From Eledone cirrhosa (taxonomy: Eukaryota), in NCBI GenBank assembly GCA_964016885.1, contig CAXHJY010000054.1, forward strand, positions 120,195 through 184,194: a stretch of 64,000 nucleotides of DNA. The letters are read 5' to 3'. Made by a program: the position numbers and the translations under genes. Positions 1-14,249 of this stretch are shown in pieces. A model generated the notes under the pieces. The model was not told where the DNA came from and did no database searches. It saw only the letters and a program-made list of their open reading frames with translations. Position 1 is the first letter of the stretch; the number at the start of each line of letters is the position of its first letter.

Positions 1-3000
1 GCTTAGCTTAGCTTAGCTTAGGATAGCTTAGCTTAGCTTAGGATAGCTTAGCTTAGGATAGCTTAGCTTAGGATAGCTTAGGAAAGCTTAGCTTAGGATA
101 GCTTAGCTTGGCTTAGGATAGCTTAGCTTAGCTTAGGATAGCTTAGCTTAGCTTAGCTTAGGATAGCTTAGCTTAGCTTAGCTTAGCTTAGGATAGCTTA
201 GCTTAGGATAGCTTAGCTTAGGATAGCTTAGCTTAAGATAGCTTAGGATAGCTTAGCTTAGGATAGCTTAGGATAGCTTAGCTTAGGATAGCTTAGCTTA
301 GCTTAGCTTAGCTTAGCTTAGCTTGGCTTAGGATAGCTTAGCTTAGCTTGGCTTAGGATAGCTTAGCTTAGCTTTGCTTAGGATAGCCTAGCTTAGCTTA
401 GCTTAGGATGGCTTAGCTTAGCTTAGCTTAGGATAGCTTAGCTTAGCTTAGCTTAGGATAGCTTAGCTTAGTTTAGGATAGCTTAGCTTAGCTTAGCTTA
501 GGATAGCTTAGCTTAGCTTGGCTTAGGATAGCTTAGCTTAGCTTAGCTTAGGATAGCTTAGCTTAGGATAGCTTAGCTTAGGATAGCTTAGGATAGCTTA
601 GCTTAGGATAGCTTAGCTTAGGATAGCTTAGGACAGCTTAGCTTAGGATAGCTTAGGATAGCTTAGCTTAGGATAGCTTAGGATAGCTTAGCTTAGCTTA
701 GCTTAGGATAGCTTAGCTTAGCTTAGCTTAGGATAGCTTAGGATAGCTTAGCTTAGGATAGCTTTGGATAGCTTAGCTTAGGATAGCTTAGCTTAGGATA
801 GCTTAGCTTAGGATAGCTTAGGATAGCTTAGCTTAGGATAGCTTAGGATATCTTAGCTTAGGATAGCTTAGCTTAGGATAGCTTAGGATAGTTTAGCTTA
901 GCTTAGGATAGCTTAGCTTAGCTTAGCTTAGGATAGCTTAGCTTAGCTTAGCTTAGGATAGCTTAGGATAGCTTAGCTTAGGATAGCTTAGCTTAGGATA
1001 GCTTAGCTTAGGATAGCTTAGGTTAGCTTAGGATAGCTTAGCTTAGGATAGCTTAGCTTAGGATAGCTTAGGATAGCTTAGCTTAGCTTAGCTTAGGATA
1101 GCTTAGCTTAGCTAAGGATAGCTTAGCTTAGCTTAGGATAGCTTAGCTTAGCTTAGCTTAGGATAGCTTAGCTTAGCTTAGCTTAGGATAGCTTAGCTTA
1201 GCTTAGCTTAGGATAGCTTAGCTTAGGATAGCTTAGCTTAGGATAGCTTAGCTTAGGATAGCTTAGGATAGCTTAGCTTAGCTTAGCTTAGGATAGCTTA
1301 GCTTAGCTTAGCTTAGCTTAGGATAGCTTAGCTTAGCTTAGGATAGCTTAGCTTAGCTTAGCTTAGGATAGCTTAGCTTAGGATAGCTTAGGATAGCTTA
1401 GCTTAGCTTAGCTTAGCTTAGCTTAGCTTAGGATAGCTTAGCTTAGCTTAGCTTAGGATAGCTTAGCTTAGCTTAGCTTAGGATAGCTTAGCTTAGCTTA
1501 GGATAGCTTAGCTTAGCTTAGCTTAGGATAGCTTAGCTTAGCTTAGCTTACGATAGCTTAGCTTAGCTTAGCTTAGGATAGCTTAGCTTAGCTTAGCTTA
1601 GGATAGCTTAGCTTAGCTTAGCTTAGCATAGCTTAGCTTAGCTTAGCTTAGGATAGCTTAGCTTAGCTTAGCTTAGGATAGCTTAGCTTAGGATAGCTTA
1701 GCTTAGGATAGCTTAGCTTAGGATAGCTTAGGATAGCTTAGTTTAGCTTAGCTTAGGATAGCTTAGCTTAGCTTAGGATAGCTTAGCTTAGCTTAGCTTA
1801 GGATAGCTTAGCTTAGCTTAGGATAGCTTAGGATAGCTTAGCTTAGGATAGCTTAGGATAGCTTAGCTTAGGATAGCTTAGCTTAGGATAGCTTAGCTTA
1901 GGATAGCTTAGGATAGCTTAGCTTATCTTAGGATAGCTTAGGATAGCTTAGCTTAGGATAGCTTAGGATAGCTTAGCTTAGCTTAGCTTAGGATAGCTTA
2001 GCTTAGCTTAGCTTTGGATAGCTTAGCTTAGCTTAGCTTAGGATAGCTTAGCTTAGCTTAGCTTAGCTTAGGATAGCTTAGGATAGCTTAGCTTAGGTTA
2101 GCTTAGGATAGCTTAGCTTAGGATAGCTTAGGATAGCTTAGGATAGCTTAGCTTGGGATAGCTTAGCTTAGGACAGCTTAGCTTAGGATAGCTTAGGTTA
2201 GCTTAGGATAGCTTAGCTTAGGATAGCTTAGGATAGCTTAGGATAGCTTAGCTTAGGATAGCTTAGCTTAGCTTAGCTTAGGATAGCTTAGCTTAGCTTA
2301 GCTTAGGAGAGCTTAGCTTAGCTTAGGATAGCTTAGCTTAGGATAGCTTAGCTTAGCTTAGCTTAGGATAGCTTAGCTTAGCTTAGGATAGCTTAGCTTA
2401 GCTTAGCTTAGGATAGCTTAGCTTAGCTTAGGATAGCTTAGCTTAGGATAGCTTAGCTTAGGATAGCTTAGCTTAGGATAGCTTAGGATAGCTTAGCTTA
2501 GGATAGCTTAGCTTAGGATAGCTTAGGATAGCTTAGCTTAGGATAGCTTAGCTTAGCTTAGCTTAGGATAGCTTAGCTTAGCTTAGCTTAGGATAGCTTA
2601 GCTTAGGATAGCTTAGGATAGCTTAGCTTAGCTTAGCTTAGGATAGCTTAGCTTAGCTTAGCTTAGGATAGCTTAGCTTAGCTTAGCTCAGGATAGCTTA
2701 GCTTGGGATAGCTTATCTTAGCTTAGCTTAGGATAGCTTAGCTTAGGATAGCTTAGCTTAGCTTAGCTTAGGATAGCTTAGCTTAGCTTGGCTTAGGATA
2801 GCTTAGCTTAGCTTAGGATAGCCTAGCTTAGCTTAGCTTAGGATGGCTTAGCTTAGCTTAGCTTAGGATAGCTTAGCTTAGTTTAGGATAGCTTAGCTTA
2901 GCTTAGCTTAGGATAGCTTAGGATAGCTTAGCTTAGGATGGCTTAGGATAGCTTAGCTTAGGATAGCTTAGGTTAGCTTAGCTTAGGATAGCTTAGCTTA

Positions 3001-4810
3001 GGATAGCTTAGCTTAGGATAGCTTAGGATAGCTTAGCTTAGGATAGCTTAGCTTAGGATAGCTTAGGAAAGCTTAGCTTAGCTTAGCTTAGGATAGCTTA
3101 GCTTAGCTTAGCTTAGGATAGCTTAGCTTAGCTTAGCTTAGGATAGCTTAGCTTAGCTTAGCTTAGGATAGCTTAGGATAGCTTAGCTTAGGTTAGCTTA
3201 GCTTAGGATAGCTTAGGATAGCTTAGCTTAGGATAGCTTAGGATAGCTTAGCTTAGGATAGCTTAGGATAGCTTAGCTTAGCTTAGCTTAGGATAGCTTA
3301 GCTTAGCTTAGCTTAGGATAGCTTAGCTTAGCTTAGCTTAGCTTAGGATAGCTTAGCTTAGCTTAGCTTAGGATAGCTTAGCTTAGCTTAGCTTAGGATA
3401 GCTTAGGATAGCTTAGCTTAGGATAGTTTAGGATAGCTTAGCTTAGGTTAGCTTAGGATAGCTTAGCTTAGGATAGCTTAGGATAGCTTAGCTTAGGATA
3501 GCTTAGCTTAGGATAGCTTAGCTTAGCTTAGCTTAGGATAGCTTAGCTTAGGATAGCTTAGGATAGCTTAGCTTAGGATAGCTTAGCTTAGGATAGCTTA
3601 GGATAGCTTAGCTTAGCTTAGCTTAGCTTAGGATAGCTTAGCTTAGGATAGCTTAGCTTAGCTTAGGATAGCTTAGCTTAGCTTAGCTTAGCTTAGGATA
3701 GATTAGGATAGCTTAGCTTAGGATAGCTTAGCTTAGGATAGCTTAGCTTAGCTTAGCTTAGGATAGCTTAGCTTGGGATAGCTTAGGATAGCTTAGCTTA
3801 GGATAGCTTAGCTTAGCTTAGCTTAGGATAGCTTAGCTTAGCTTAGCTTAGGATAGCTTAGCTTAGGATAGCTTAGCTTAGCTTAGCTTAGGATAGCTTA
3901 GCTTAGCTTAGCTTAGGATAGCTTAGCTTAGCTTAGCTTAGGATAGCTTAGCTTAGCTTAGCTTAGGATAGCTTAGCTTAGCTTAGCTTAGGATAGCTTA
4001 GCTTAGCTTAGCTTAGCTTAGAATAGCTTAGCTTAGGATAGCTTAGCTTAGGATAGCTTAGCTTAGGATAGCTTAGGATAGCTTAGCTTAGGATAGCTTA
4101 GCTTAGCTTAGCTTAGGATAGCTTAGCTTAGCTTAGGATAGCTTAGCTTAGGATAGCTTAGGAAAGCTTAGCTTAGGATAGCTTAGCTTGGCTTAGGATA
4201 GCTTAGCTTAGCTTAGCTTAGGATAGCTTAGCTTAGCTTAGCTTAGGATAGCTTAGCTTAGCTTAGCTTAGGATAGCTTAGCTTAGTTTAGGATAGCTTA
4301 GCTTAGCTTAGCTTAGGATAGCTTAGGATAGCTTAGCTTAGGATAGCTTAGGATAGCTTAGCTTAGGATAGCTTAGGATAGCATAGGTTAGGATAGCTTA
4401 GCTTAGGATAGCTTAGGATAGCTTAGGATAGCTTAGCTTAGGATAGCTTAGCTTAGGATAGCTTAGGAAAGCTTAGCTTAGCTTAGCTTAGGATAGCTTA
4501 GCTTAGCTTAGCTTAGGATAGCTTAGCTTAGCTTAGCTTAGGATAGCTTAGGATAGCTTAGCTTAGGATAGCTTAGGATAGCTTAGGATAGCTTAGCTTA
4601 GGATAGCTTAGCTTAGGATAGCTTAGCTTAGGATAGCTTAGGATAGCTTAGCTTAGCTTAGCTTAGGATAGCTTAGGATAGCTTAGCTTAGCTTAGCTTA
4701 GCTTAGGATAGCTTAGCTTAGCTTAGGATAGCTTAGGATAGCTTAGCTTAGGATAGCTTAGGATAGCTTAGCTTAGGATAGCTTAGCTTAGGATAGATTA
4801 GCTTAGCTTA
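1..4810 (+). repeat. Segmental duplication A, copy 1 (left end may extend outside the window)
   Basis: Rare variants GGAAA 81, AGATA 236, GGACA 631, CGATA 1551, GCTCA 2686, GAATA 4021, GCATA-GGTTA 4381 and GATTA 4796 all recur exactly 53,194 bp downstream. Confidence 0.93.
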
Positions 4811-7800
4811 GGATAGCTTAGCTTAGCTTAGCTTAGGATAGCTTAGCTTAGGATAGCTTAGGAAAGCTTAGCTTAGCTTAGGATAGCTTAGCTTAGCTTA
4901 GCTTAGGATAGCTTAGCTTAGCTTAGGATAGTTTAGCTTAGCTTAGCTTAGGATAGCTTAGCTTAGCTTAGCTTAGGATAGCTTAGCTTAGCTTAGCTTA
5001 GGATAGCTTAGCTTAGCTTAGCTTAGGATAGCTTAGCTTAGCTTAGGATAGCTTAGCTTAGCTTAGGATAGCTTAGCTTAGGATAGCTTAGCTTAGCTTA
5101 GCTTAGCTTGGCTTAGGATAGCTTAGCTTAGCTTGGCTTAGGATAGCTTAGCTTAGCTTAGCTTAGCTTAGCTTAGGATAGCTTAGCTTAGCTTGGCTTA
5201 GGATAGCTTAGCTTAGCTTAGCTTAGGATAGCTTAGCTTAGCTTAGCTTAGGATAGCTTAGCTTAGCTTAGCTTAGGATAGCTTAGGATAGCTTAGCTTA
5301 GGATAGCTTAGGATAGCTTAGGTTAGGATAGCTTAGCTTAGGATAGCTTAGCTTAGGATAGCTTAGGATAGCTTAGCTTAGGATAGCTTAGGATAGCTTA
5401 GCTTAGGATAGCTTAGCTTAGGATAGCTTAGGATAGCTTAGCTTAGCTTAGCTTAGGATAGCTTAGCTTAGCTTAGCTTAGGATAGCTTAGGATAGCTTA
5501 GCTTAGGATAGCTTAGCATAGCTTAGCTTAGGATAGCTTAGCTTAGGATAGCTTAGCTTAGGATAGCTTAGGATAGCTTAGGATAGCTTAGCTTAGCTTA
5601 GCTGAGGATAGCTTAGCTTAGCTTAGGATAGCTTAGCTTAGCTTAGCTTAGGATAGCTTAGCTTAGCTTAGCTTAGGATAGCTTAGCTTAGCTTAGCTTA
5701 GCTTAGGATAGCTTAGCTTAGCTTAGCTTAGGATAGCTTAGGATAGCTTAGCTTAGGATAGCTTAGGATAGCTTAGCTTAGGATAGCTTAGGATAGCTTA
5801 GCTTAGCTTAGCTGAGGATAGCTTAGCTTAGCTTAGGATAGCTTAGCTTAGCTTAGCTTAGGATAGCTTAGCTTAGCTTAGCTTAGGATAGCTTAGCTTA
5901 GGATAGCTTAGGATAGCTTAGCTTAGGATAGCTTAGGATAGCTTAGCTTAGGATAGCTTAGGATAGCTTAGCTTAGGATAGCTTAGCATAGGATAGCTTA
6001 GGATAGCTTAGCTTAGCTTAGCTTAGGATAGCTTAGCTTAGCTTAGCTTAGGATAGCTTAGCTTAGCTTAGGATAGCTTAGCTTAGCTTAGCTTAGGATA
6101 GCTTAGCTTAGCTTAGCTTAGGATAGCTTAGCTTAGCTTAGCTTAGGATAGCTTATCTTAGCTTAGCTTAGGATAGCTTAGCTTAGCTTAGGATAGCTTA
6201 GCTTAGGATAGCTTAGGATAGCTTAGGATAGCTTAGCTTAGGATAGCTTAGCTTAGGATAGCTTAGCTTAGGATAGCTTAGCTTAGGTTAGCTTAGCTTA
6301 GCTTAGCTTAGGATAGCTTAGCTTAGGTTAGCTTAGCTTAGCTTAGCTTAGGATAGCTTAGGATAGCTTAGCTTAGGATAGCTTAGCTTAGCTTAGCTTA
6401 GGATAGCTTAGCTTAGCTTAGCTTAGGATAGCTTAGCTTAGCTTAGGATAGCTTAGCTTAGGATAGCTTAGGATAGCTTAGCTTAGCTTAGGATAGCTTA
6501 GCTTAGCTTAGCTTAGGATAGCTTAGCTTAGCTTAGCTTAGGATAGCTTAGCTTAGCTTAGCTTAGGATAGCTAAGCTTAGCTTAGCTTAGGATAGCTTA
6601 GCTTAGCTTAGGATAGCTTAGCTTAGCTTAGGATAGCTTAGCTTAGCTTAGCTTAGGATAGCTTAGCTTAGCTTAGCTTAGGATAGCTTAGCTTAGGATA
6701 GCTTAGCTTAGCTTAGCTTAGGATAGCTTAGCTTAGCTTAGCTTAGGATAGATTAGCTTAGCTTAGGATAGCTTAGCTTAGCTTAGCTTAGGAAAGCTTA
6801 GCTTAGCTTAGCTTAGGTAGCTTAGCTTAGCTTAGCTTAGGATAGCTTAGCTTAGCTTAGCTTAGGTAGCTTAGCTTAGCTTAGGATAGCTTAGCTTAGC
6901 TTAGCTTAGCTTAGCTTAGGATAGCTTAGGATAGCTTAGCTTAGGATAGCTTAGGATAGCTTACCTTAGGAGAGCTTAGCTTAGGATAGCTTAGCTTAGG
7001 ATAGCTTAGGATAGCTTAGCTTAGCTTAGCTTAGGATAGCTTAGCTTAGCTTAGCTTAGGATAGCTTAGCTTAGGTTAGCTTAGCTTAGCTTAGGATAGC
7101 TTAGGATAGCTTAGCTTAGGATAGCTTAGCTTAGGATAGCTTAGGATAGCTTAGCTTAGGATAGCTTAGGATAGCTTAGCTTAGGATAGCTTAGGATAGC
7201 TTAGCTTAGGATAGCTTAGCTTAGGATAGCTTAGGATAGCTTAGCTTAGCTTAGCTTAGGATAGCTTAGCTTAGCTTAGCTTAGGATAGCTTAGCTTAGC
7301 TTAGCTTAGGATAGCTTAGCTTAGCTTAGCTTAGGATAGCTTAGGATAGCTTAGCTTAGGATAGCTTAGGATAGCTTAGCTTAGGATAGCTTAGGATAGC
7401 TTAGGATAGCTTAGCTTAGCTTAGCTTAGGATAGCTTAGCTTAGCTTAGCTTAGGATAGCTTAGCTTAGCTTAGCTTAGGATAGCTTAGCTTAGCTTAGG
7501 ATAGCTTAGCTTAGCTTAGGATAGCTTAGCTTAGCTTAGGATAGCTTAGCTTAGCTTAGCTTAGGATAGCTTAGCTTAGCTTAGGATAGCTTAGCTTAGG
7601 ATAGCTTAGCTTAGGTTAGCTTAGCTTAGCTTAGCTTAGGATAGCTTAGGATAGCTTAGCTTAGGATAGCTTAGCTTAGCTTAGCTTAGGATAGCTTAGC
7701 TTAGCTTAGCTTAGGATAGCTTAGCTTAGCTTAGCTTAGGATAGCTTAGCTTAGGATAGCTTAGGATAGCTTAGCTTAGCTTAGCTTAGGATAGCTTAGC

Positions 7801-8829
7801 TTAGCTTAGCTTAGGATAGCTTAGCTTAGCTTAGGATAGCTTAGCTTAGCTTAGCTTAGGATAGCTTAGCTTAGCTTAGCTTAGGATAGCTTAGCTTAGC
7901 TTAGCTTAGGATAGCTTAGGATAGCTTAGGATAGCTTAGCTTAGCTTAGCTTAGGATAGCTTAGCTTAGGATAGCTTAGGATAGCTTAGCTTAGCTTAGC
8001 TTAGGATAGCTTAGCTTAGGATAGCTTAGGATAGCTTAGCTTAGCTTAGCTTAGGATAGCTTAGCTTAGCTTAGCTTAGGATAGCTTAGCTTAGCTTAGC
8101 TTAGGATAGCTTAGCTTAGCTTAGGATAGCTTAGCTTAGCTTAGCTTAGGATAGCTTAGCTTAGCTTAGCTTAGGATAGCTTAGCTTAGCTTAGCTTAGG
8201 ATAGCTTAGCTTAGGATAGCTTAGGATAGCTTAGCTTAGGATAGCTTAGGATAGCTTAGCTTAGGATAGCTTAGCTTAGCTTATCTTAGGATAGCTTAGC
8301 TTAGCTTAGGATAGCTTAGCTTAGCTTAGCTTAGGATAGCTTACCTTAGGATAGCTTAGGATAGCCTAGCTTAGCTTAGCTTAGGATAGCTTAGCTTAGC
8401 TTAGCTTAGGATAGCTTAGCTTAGCTTAGGATAGCTTAGCTTAGCTTAGCTTAGGATAGCTTAGCTTAGCTTAGCTTAGGATAGCTTAGCTTAGGTTAGC
8501 TTAGGATAGCTTAGGATAGCTTAGGATAGCTTAGCTTAGCTTAGCTTAGGATAGCTTAGCTTAGCTTAGCTTAGGATAGCTTAGCTTAGGATAGCTTAGC
8601 TTAGCTTAGCTTAGGATAGCTTAGCTTAGCTTAGGATAGCTTAGCTTAGCTTAGCTTAGGATAGCTTAGCTTAGGATAGCTTAGCTTAGCTTAGCTTAGG
8701 ATAGATTAGCTTAGCTTAGGATAGCTTAGCTTAGCTTAGCTTAGGAAAGATTAGCTTAGCTTAGGATAGCTTAGCTTAGCTTAGCTTAGGAGAGCTTAGC
8801 TTAGCTTAGGATAGCTTAGCTTAGGATAG

Positions 8830-11470
8830 CTTAGCTTAGCTTAGCTTAGGATAGCTTAGCTTAGCTTAGCTTAGGATAGCTTAGCTTAGCTTAGCTTAGG
8901 ATAGCTTAGCTTAGGATAGCTTAGCTTAGGATAGCTTAGGATAGCTTAGCTTAGGATAGCTTAGGATAGCTTAGCTTAGGATAGCTTAGCTTAGGATAGC
9001 TTAGGATAGCTTAGCTTAGGATAGCTTAGCTTAGGATAGCTTAGGATAGCTTAGCTTAGCTTAGGATAGCTTAGTTTAGCTTAGCTTAGGATAGCTTAGC
9101 TTAGCTTAGGATAGCTTAGCTTAGCTTAGGATAGCTTAGCTTAGCTTTGCTTAGGATAGCTTAGCTTAGCTTAGCTTAGGATAGCTTAGCTTAGCTTAGC
9201 TTATGATAGCTTAGCTTAGCTTAGCTTAGGATAGCTTAGCTTAGCTTAGCTTAGGATAGCTTAGCTTAGCTTAGGATAGCTTAGCTTAGCTTAGGATAGC
9301 TTAGCTTAGCTTAGGATAGCTTAGCTTAGCTTAGCTTAGGATAGCTTAGCTTAGCTTTGCTTAGGATAGCTTAGCTTAGGTTAGCTTAGGATAGCTTAGC
9401 TTAGGATAGCTTAGCTTAGCTTAGCTTAGGATAGCTTAGCTTAGCTTAGCTTAGGATAGCTTAGCTTAGCTTAGCTTAGGATAGCTTAGCTTAGCTTAGG
9501 ATAGCTTAGCTTAGCTTAGCTTAGGATAGCTTAGCTTAGCTTAGCTTAGGATAGCTTAGCTTAGCTTAGCTTAGGATAGCTTAACTTAGCTTAGCTTAGG
9601 ATAGCTTAGCTTAGCTTAGCTTAGGATAGCTTAGCTTAGCTTAGCTTAGGATAACTTAGCTTAGCTTAGCTTAGCTTAGGATAGCTTAGCTTAGGATAGC
9701 TTAGCTTAGCTTAGCTTAGGATAGCTTAGCTTAGCTTAGCTTAGGATAGCTTAGCTTAGCTTAGCTTAGGATAGCTTAGCTTAGCTTAGCTTAGCTTAGG
9801 ATAGCTTAGCTTAGCTTAGCTTAGGATAGCTTAGCTTAGCTTAGCTTAGCTTAGCTTAGCTTAGGATAGCTTAGCTTAGCTTAGCTTAGGATAGCTTAGC
9901 TTAGCTTGGCTTAGGATAGCTTAGCTTAGCTTAGCTTAGGATAGCTTAGGATAGCTTAGCTTAGGATAGCTTAGGATAGCTTATCTTAGGATAGCTTAGC
10001 TTAGGATAGCTTAGGATAGCTTAGCTTAGGATAGCTTAGGATAGCTTAGCTTAGGATAGCTTAGCTTAGGATAGCTTAGGATAGCTTAGCTTAGCTTAGC
10101 TTTGGATAGCTTAGCTTAGCTTAGCTTTGGATAGCTTAGCTTAGCTTAGCTTTGGAAAGCTTAGCTTAGCTTAGCTTAGGATAGCTTAGCTTAGCTTAGC
10201 TTAGGATAGCTTAGGATAGCTTAGCTTAGGATAGCTTAGGATAGCTTAGCTTAGGATAGCTTAGCTTAGGATAGCTTAGCTTAGCTTAGCTTAGGATAGC
10301 TTAGCTTGGGATAGCTTAGGATAGCTTAGCTTAGGATAGCTTAGCTTAGGATAGCTTAGCTTAGCTTAGCTTAGGATAGCTTAGCTTAGCTTAGGATAGC
10401 TTAGCTTAGCTTGGCTTAGGATAGCTTAGCTTAGCTTAGCTTAGGATAGCTTAGGATAGCTTAGCTTAGGATAGCTTAGGATAGCTTATCTTAGGATAGC
10501 TTAGCTTAGGATAGCTTAGCTTAGGATAGCTTAGGATAGCTTAGCTTAGGATAGCTTAGGATAGCTTAGCTTAGGATAGCTTAGCTTAGGATAGCTTAGG
10601 ATAGCTTAGCTTAGCTTAGCTTTGGATAGCTTAGCTTAGCTTAGCTTAGGATAGCTTAGGATAGCTTAGGATAGCTTAGCTTAGGATAGCTTAGGATAGC
10701 TTAGCTTAGGATAGCTTAGGATAGCTTAGCTTAGGATAGCATAGCTTAGGATAGCTTAGCTTAGCTTAGCTTAGGATAGCTTAGCTTGGGATAGCTTAGG
10801 ATAGCTTAGCTTAGGATAGCTTAGCTTAGGATAGCTTAGCTTAGGATAGCTTAGGATAGCTTAGGATAGCTTAGCTTAGGATAGCTTAGCTTAGCTTAGC
10901 TTAGGATAGCTTAGCTTAGCTTAGGATAGCTTAGCTTAGCTTAGCTTAGGATAGCTTAGCTTAGCTTAGCTTAGGTAGCTTAGCTTAGCTTAGCTTAGGA
11001 TAGCTTAGCTTAGCTTAGCTTAGGATATCTTAGGTTAGCTTAGGATAGCTTAGCTTAGCTTAGCTTAGGATAGCTTAGCTTAGGATAGCTTAGCTTAGGA
11101 TAGCTTAGCTTAGGATAGCTTAGGATAGCTTAGCTTAGGATAGCTTAGGATAGCTTAGCTTAGGATAGCTTAGCTTAGCTTAGGATAGCTTAGCTTAGCT
11201 TAGGATAGCTTAGCTTAGCTTAGCTTAGGATAGCTTAGCTTAGGATAGCTTAGGATAGCTTAGCTTAGCTTAGCTTAGGATAGCTTAGCATAGCTTAGGA
11301 TAGCTTAGCTTAGCTTAGGATAGCTTAGCTTAGCTTAGGATAGCTTAGGATAGCTTAGCTTAGGATAGCTTAGCTTAGCTTAGCTTAGGATAGCTTAGCT
11401 TAGCTTAGCTTAGGATAGCTTAGCTTAGCTTAGCTTAGGATAGCTTAGCTTAGCTTAGCTTAGGATAGCT
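8830..11470 (+). repeat. Segmental duplication B, copy 1 (~2.6 kb, ends approximate)
   Basis: GTTTA 9074, TGATA 9204, 4-nt GGTA 10974 and GCATA 11288 recur at 14497, 14627, 16422 and 16736 (offset 5423, then 5448). Confidence 0.88.
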
Positions 11471-12264
11471 TAGCTTAGCTTAACTTAGGATAGCTTAGCT
11501 TAGCTTAGCTTAGGATAGCTTAGCTTAGCTTAGCTTAGGATAGCTTAGCTTAGCTTAGCTTAGGATAGCTTAGCTTAGCTTAGCTTAGCTTAGGATAGCT
11601 TAGCTTAGATTAGCTTAGGATAGCTTAGCTTAGCTTAGCTTAGGATAACTTAGCTTAGCTTAGCTTAGGATAGCTTAGCTTAGCTTAGCTTAGGATAGCT
11701 TAGGATAGCTTAGCTTAGGATAGCTTAGGATAGCTTAGCTTAGATTAGCTTAGGATAGCTTAGCTTAGCTTAGCTTAGGATAGCTTAGCTTAGCTTAGCT
11801 TAGGATAGCTTAGCTTAGCTTAGCTTAGGATAGCTTAGGATAGCTTAGCTTAGGATAGCTTAGGATAGCTTAGCTTAGGATAGCTTAGGATAGCTTAGCT
11901 TAGGATAGCTTAGGATAGCTTAGCTTAGGATAGCTTAGCTTAGGATAGCTTAGGATAGCTTAGCTTAGCTTAGCTTAGGATAGCTTAGCTTAGCTTAGCT
12001 TAGGATAGCTTAGCTTAGCTTAGCTTAGGATAGCTTAGCTTAGCTTAGCTTAGGATAGCTTAGCTTAGCTTAGCTTAGGATAGCTTAGCTTAGGATAGCT
12101 TAGCTTAGGATAGCTTAGGATAGCTTAGCTTAGGATAGCTTAGCTTAGGATAGCTTAGGATAGCTTAGCTTAGGATAGCTTAGCTTAGCTTAGCTTAGGA
12201 TAGCTTAGCTTAGGATAGCTTAGCTTAGGATAGCTTAGCTTAGCTTAGCTTAGGTTAGCTTAGC

Positions 12265-12600
12265 TTAGCTTAGCTTAGGATAGCTTAGCTTAGCTTAGCT
12301 TAGGATAGCTTAGCTTAGCTTAGCTTAGGATAGCTTAGCTTAGCTTAACTTAGGATAGCTTAGCTTAGCTTAGCTTAGGATAGCTTAGCTTAGCTTAGCT
12401 TAGGATAGCTTAGCTTAGCTTAGCTTAGGATAGCTTAGCTTAGCTTAGCTTAGCTTAGGATAGCTTAGCTTAGATTAGCTTAGGATAGCTTAGCTTAGCT
12501 TAGCTTAGGATAACTTAGCTTAGCTTAGCTTAGGATAGCTTAGCTTAGCTTAGCTTAGGATAGCTTAGCTTAGCTTAGCTTAGGATAGCTTAGCTTAGCT
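12265..12600 (+). repeat. Short local duplication of ~11400-11700 (offset 865; ends approximate)
   Basis: ACTTA 11483, GATTA 11608 and ACTTA 11648 recur at 12348, 12473 and 12513. Confidence 0.8.
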
Positions 12601-14249
12601 TAGCTTAGGATAGCTTAGGATAGCTTAGCTTAGGATAGCTTAGGATAGCTTAGCTTAGGATAGCTTAGGATAGCTTAGCTTAGGATAGCTTAGCTTAGGA
12701 TAGCTTAGCTTAGCTTAGCTTAGGATAGCTTAGCTTAGCTTAGCTTAGGATAGCTTAGCTTAGCTTAGCTTAGGATAGCTTAGCTTAGGATAGCTTAGCT
12801 TAGGATAGCTTAGGATAGCTTAGCTTAGGATAGCTTAGCTTAGGATAGCTTAGCTTAGGATAGCTTAGGATAGCTTAGCTTAGGATAGCTTAAGATAGCT
12901 TAGCTTAGGATAGCTTAGCTTAGGATAGCTTAGGATAGCTTAGCTTAGCTTAGGATAGCTTAGTTTAGCTTAGCTTAGGATAGCTTAGCTTAGCTTAGGA
13001 TAGCTTAGCTTAGCTTAGGATAGCTTAGCTTAGCTTTGCTTAGGATAGCTTAGCTTAGCTTAGCTTAGGATAGCTTAGCTTAGCTTAGCTTAGGATAGCT
13101 TAGCTTAGCTTAGCTTAGGATAGCTTAGCTTAGCTTAGCTTAGGGTAGCTTAGCTTAGCTTAGGATAGCTTAGCTTAGCTTAGGATAGCTTAGCTTAGCT
13201 TAGGATAGCTTAGCTTAGCTTAGCTTAGGATAGCTTAGCTTAGCTTTGCTTAGGATAGCTTAGCTTAGCTTAGCTTAGGATAGCTTAGCTTAGGTTAGCT
13301 TAGGATAGCTTAGCTTAGCTTAGCTTAGGATAGCTTAGCTTAGCTTAGCTTAGGATAGCTTAGCTTAGCTTAGCTTAGGATAGCTTAGATTAGCTTAGCT
13401 TAGGATAGCTTAGCTTAGCTTAGGATAGCTTAGCTTAGCTTAGCTTAGGATAGCTTAGCTTAGCTTAGCTTAGGATAGCTTAGCTTAGCTTAGCTTAGGA
13501 TAGCTTAGCTTAGCTTAGCTTAGGATAGCTTAGCTTAGCTTAGCTTAGGATAGCTTAGCTTAGCTTAGCTTAGGATAGCTTAGCTTAGCTTAGCTTAGGA
13601 TAGCTTAGCTTAGCTTAGCTTAGGATAACTTAGCTTAGCTTAGCTTAGCTTAGGATAGCTTAGCTTAGCTTAGCTTAGGATAGCTTAGCTTAGCTTAGCT
13701 TAGGATAGCTTAGCTTAGCTTAGCTTAGGATAGCTTAGCTTAGCTTAGCTTAGCTTAGGATAGCTTAGCTTAGCTTAGCTTAGGATAGCTTAGCTTAGCT
13801 TAGCTTAGCTTAGCTTAGGATAGCTTAGCTTAGCTTAGCTTAGGATAGCTTAGCTTAGCTTAGCTTAGGATAGCTTAGCTTAGATTGGCTTAGGATAGCT
13901 TAGCTTAGCTTAGCTTAGGATAGCTTAGGATAGCTTATCTTAGGATAGCTTAGCTTAGGATAGCTTAGCATAGCTTAGCTTAGGATAGCTTAGGATAGCT
14001 TAGCTTAGGATAGCTTAGCTTAGGATAGCTTAGGATAGCTTAGCTTAGCTTAGCTTTGGATAGCTTAGCTTAGCTTAGCTTAGGATAGCTTAGCTTAGCT
14101 TAGCTTAGGATAGCTTAGGATAGCTTAGCTTAGGATAGCTTAGGATAGCTTAGCTTAGGTAGCTTAGGATAGCTTAGCTTAGGATAGCTTAGGATAGCTT
14201 AGCTTAGGATAGCTTAGGATAGCTTAGCTTAGGATAGCTTAGCTTAGGA

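Noticed and set aside
5318-5327. Canonical (TTAGG)n telomere tract or G-quadruplex-forming region
   Set aside because: At most two consecutive TTAGG units occur (here and near 14594 and 59731). G-runs are GG, rarely GGG, so there is no true telomeric tract or strong G4 motif.
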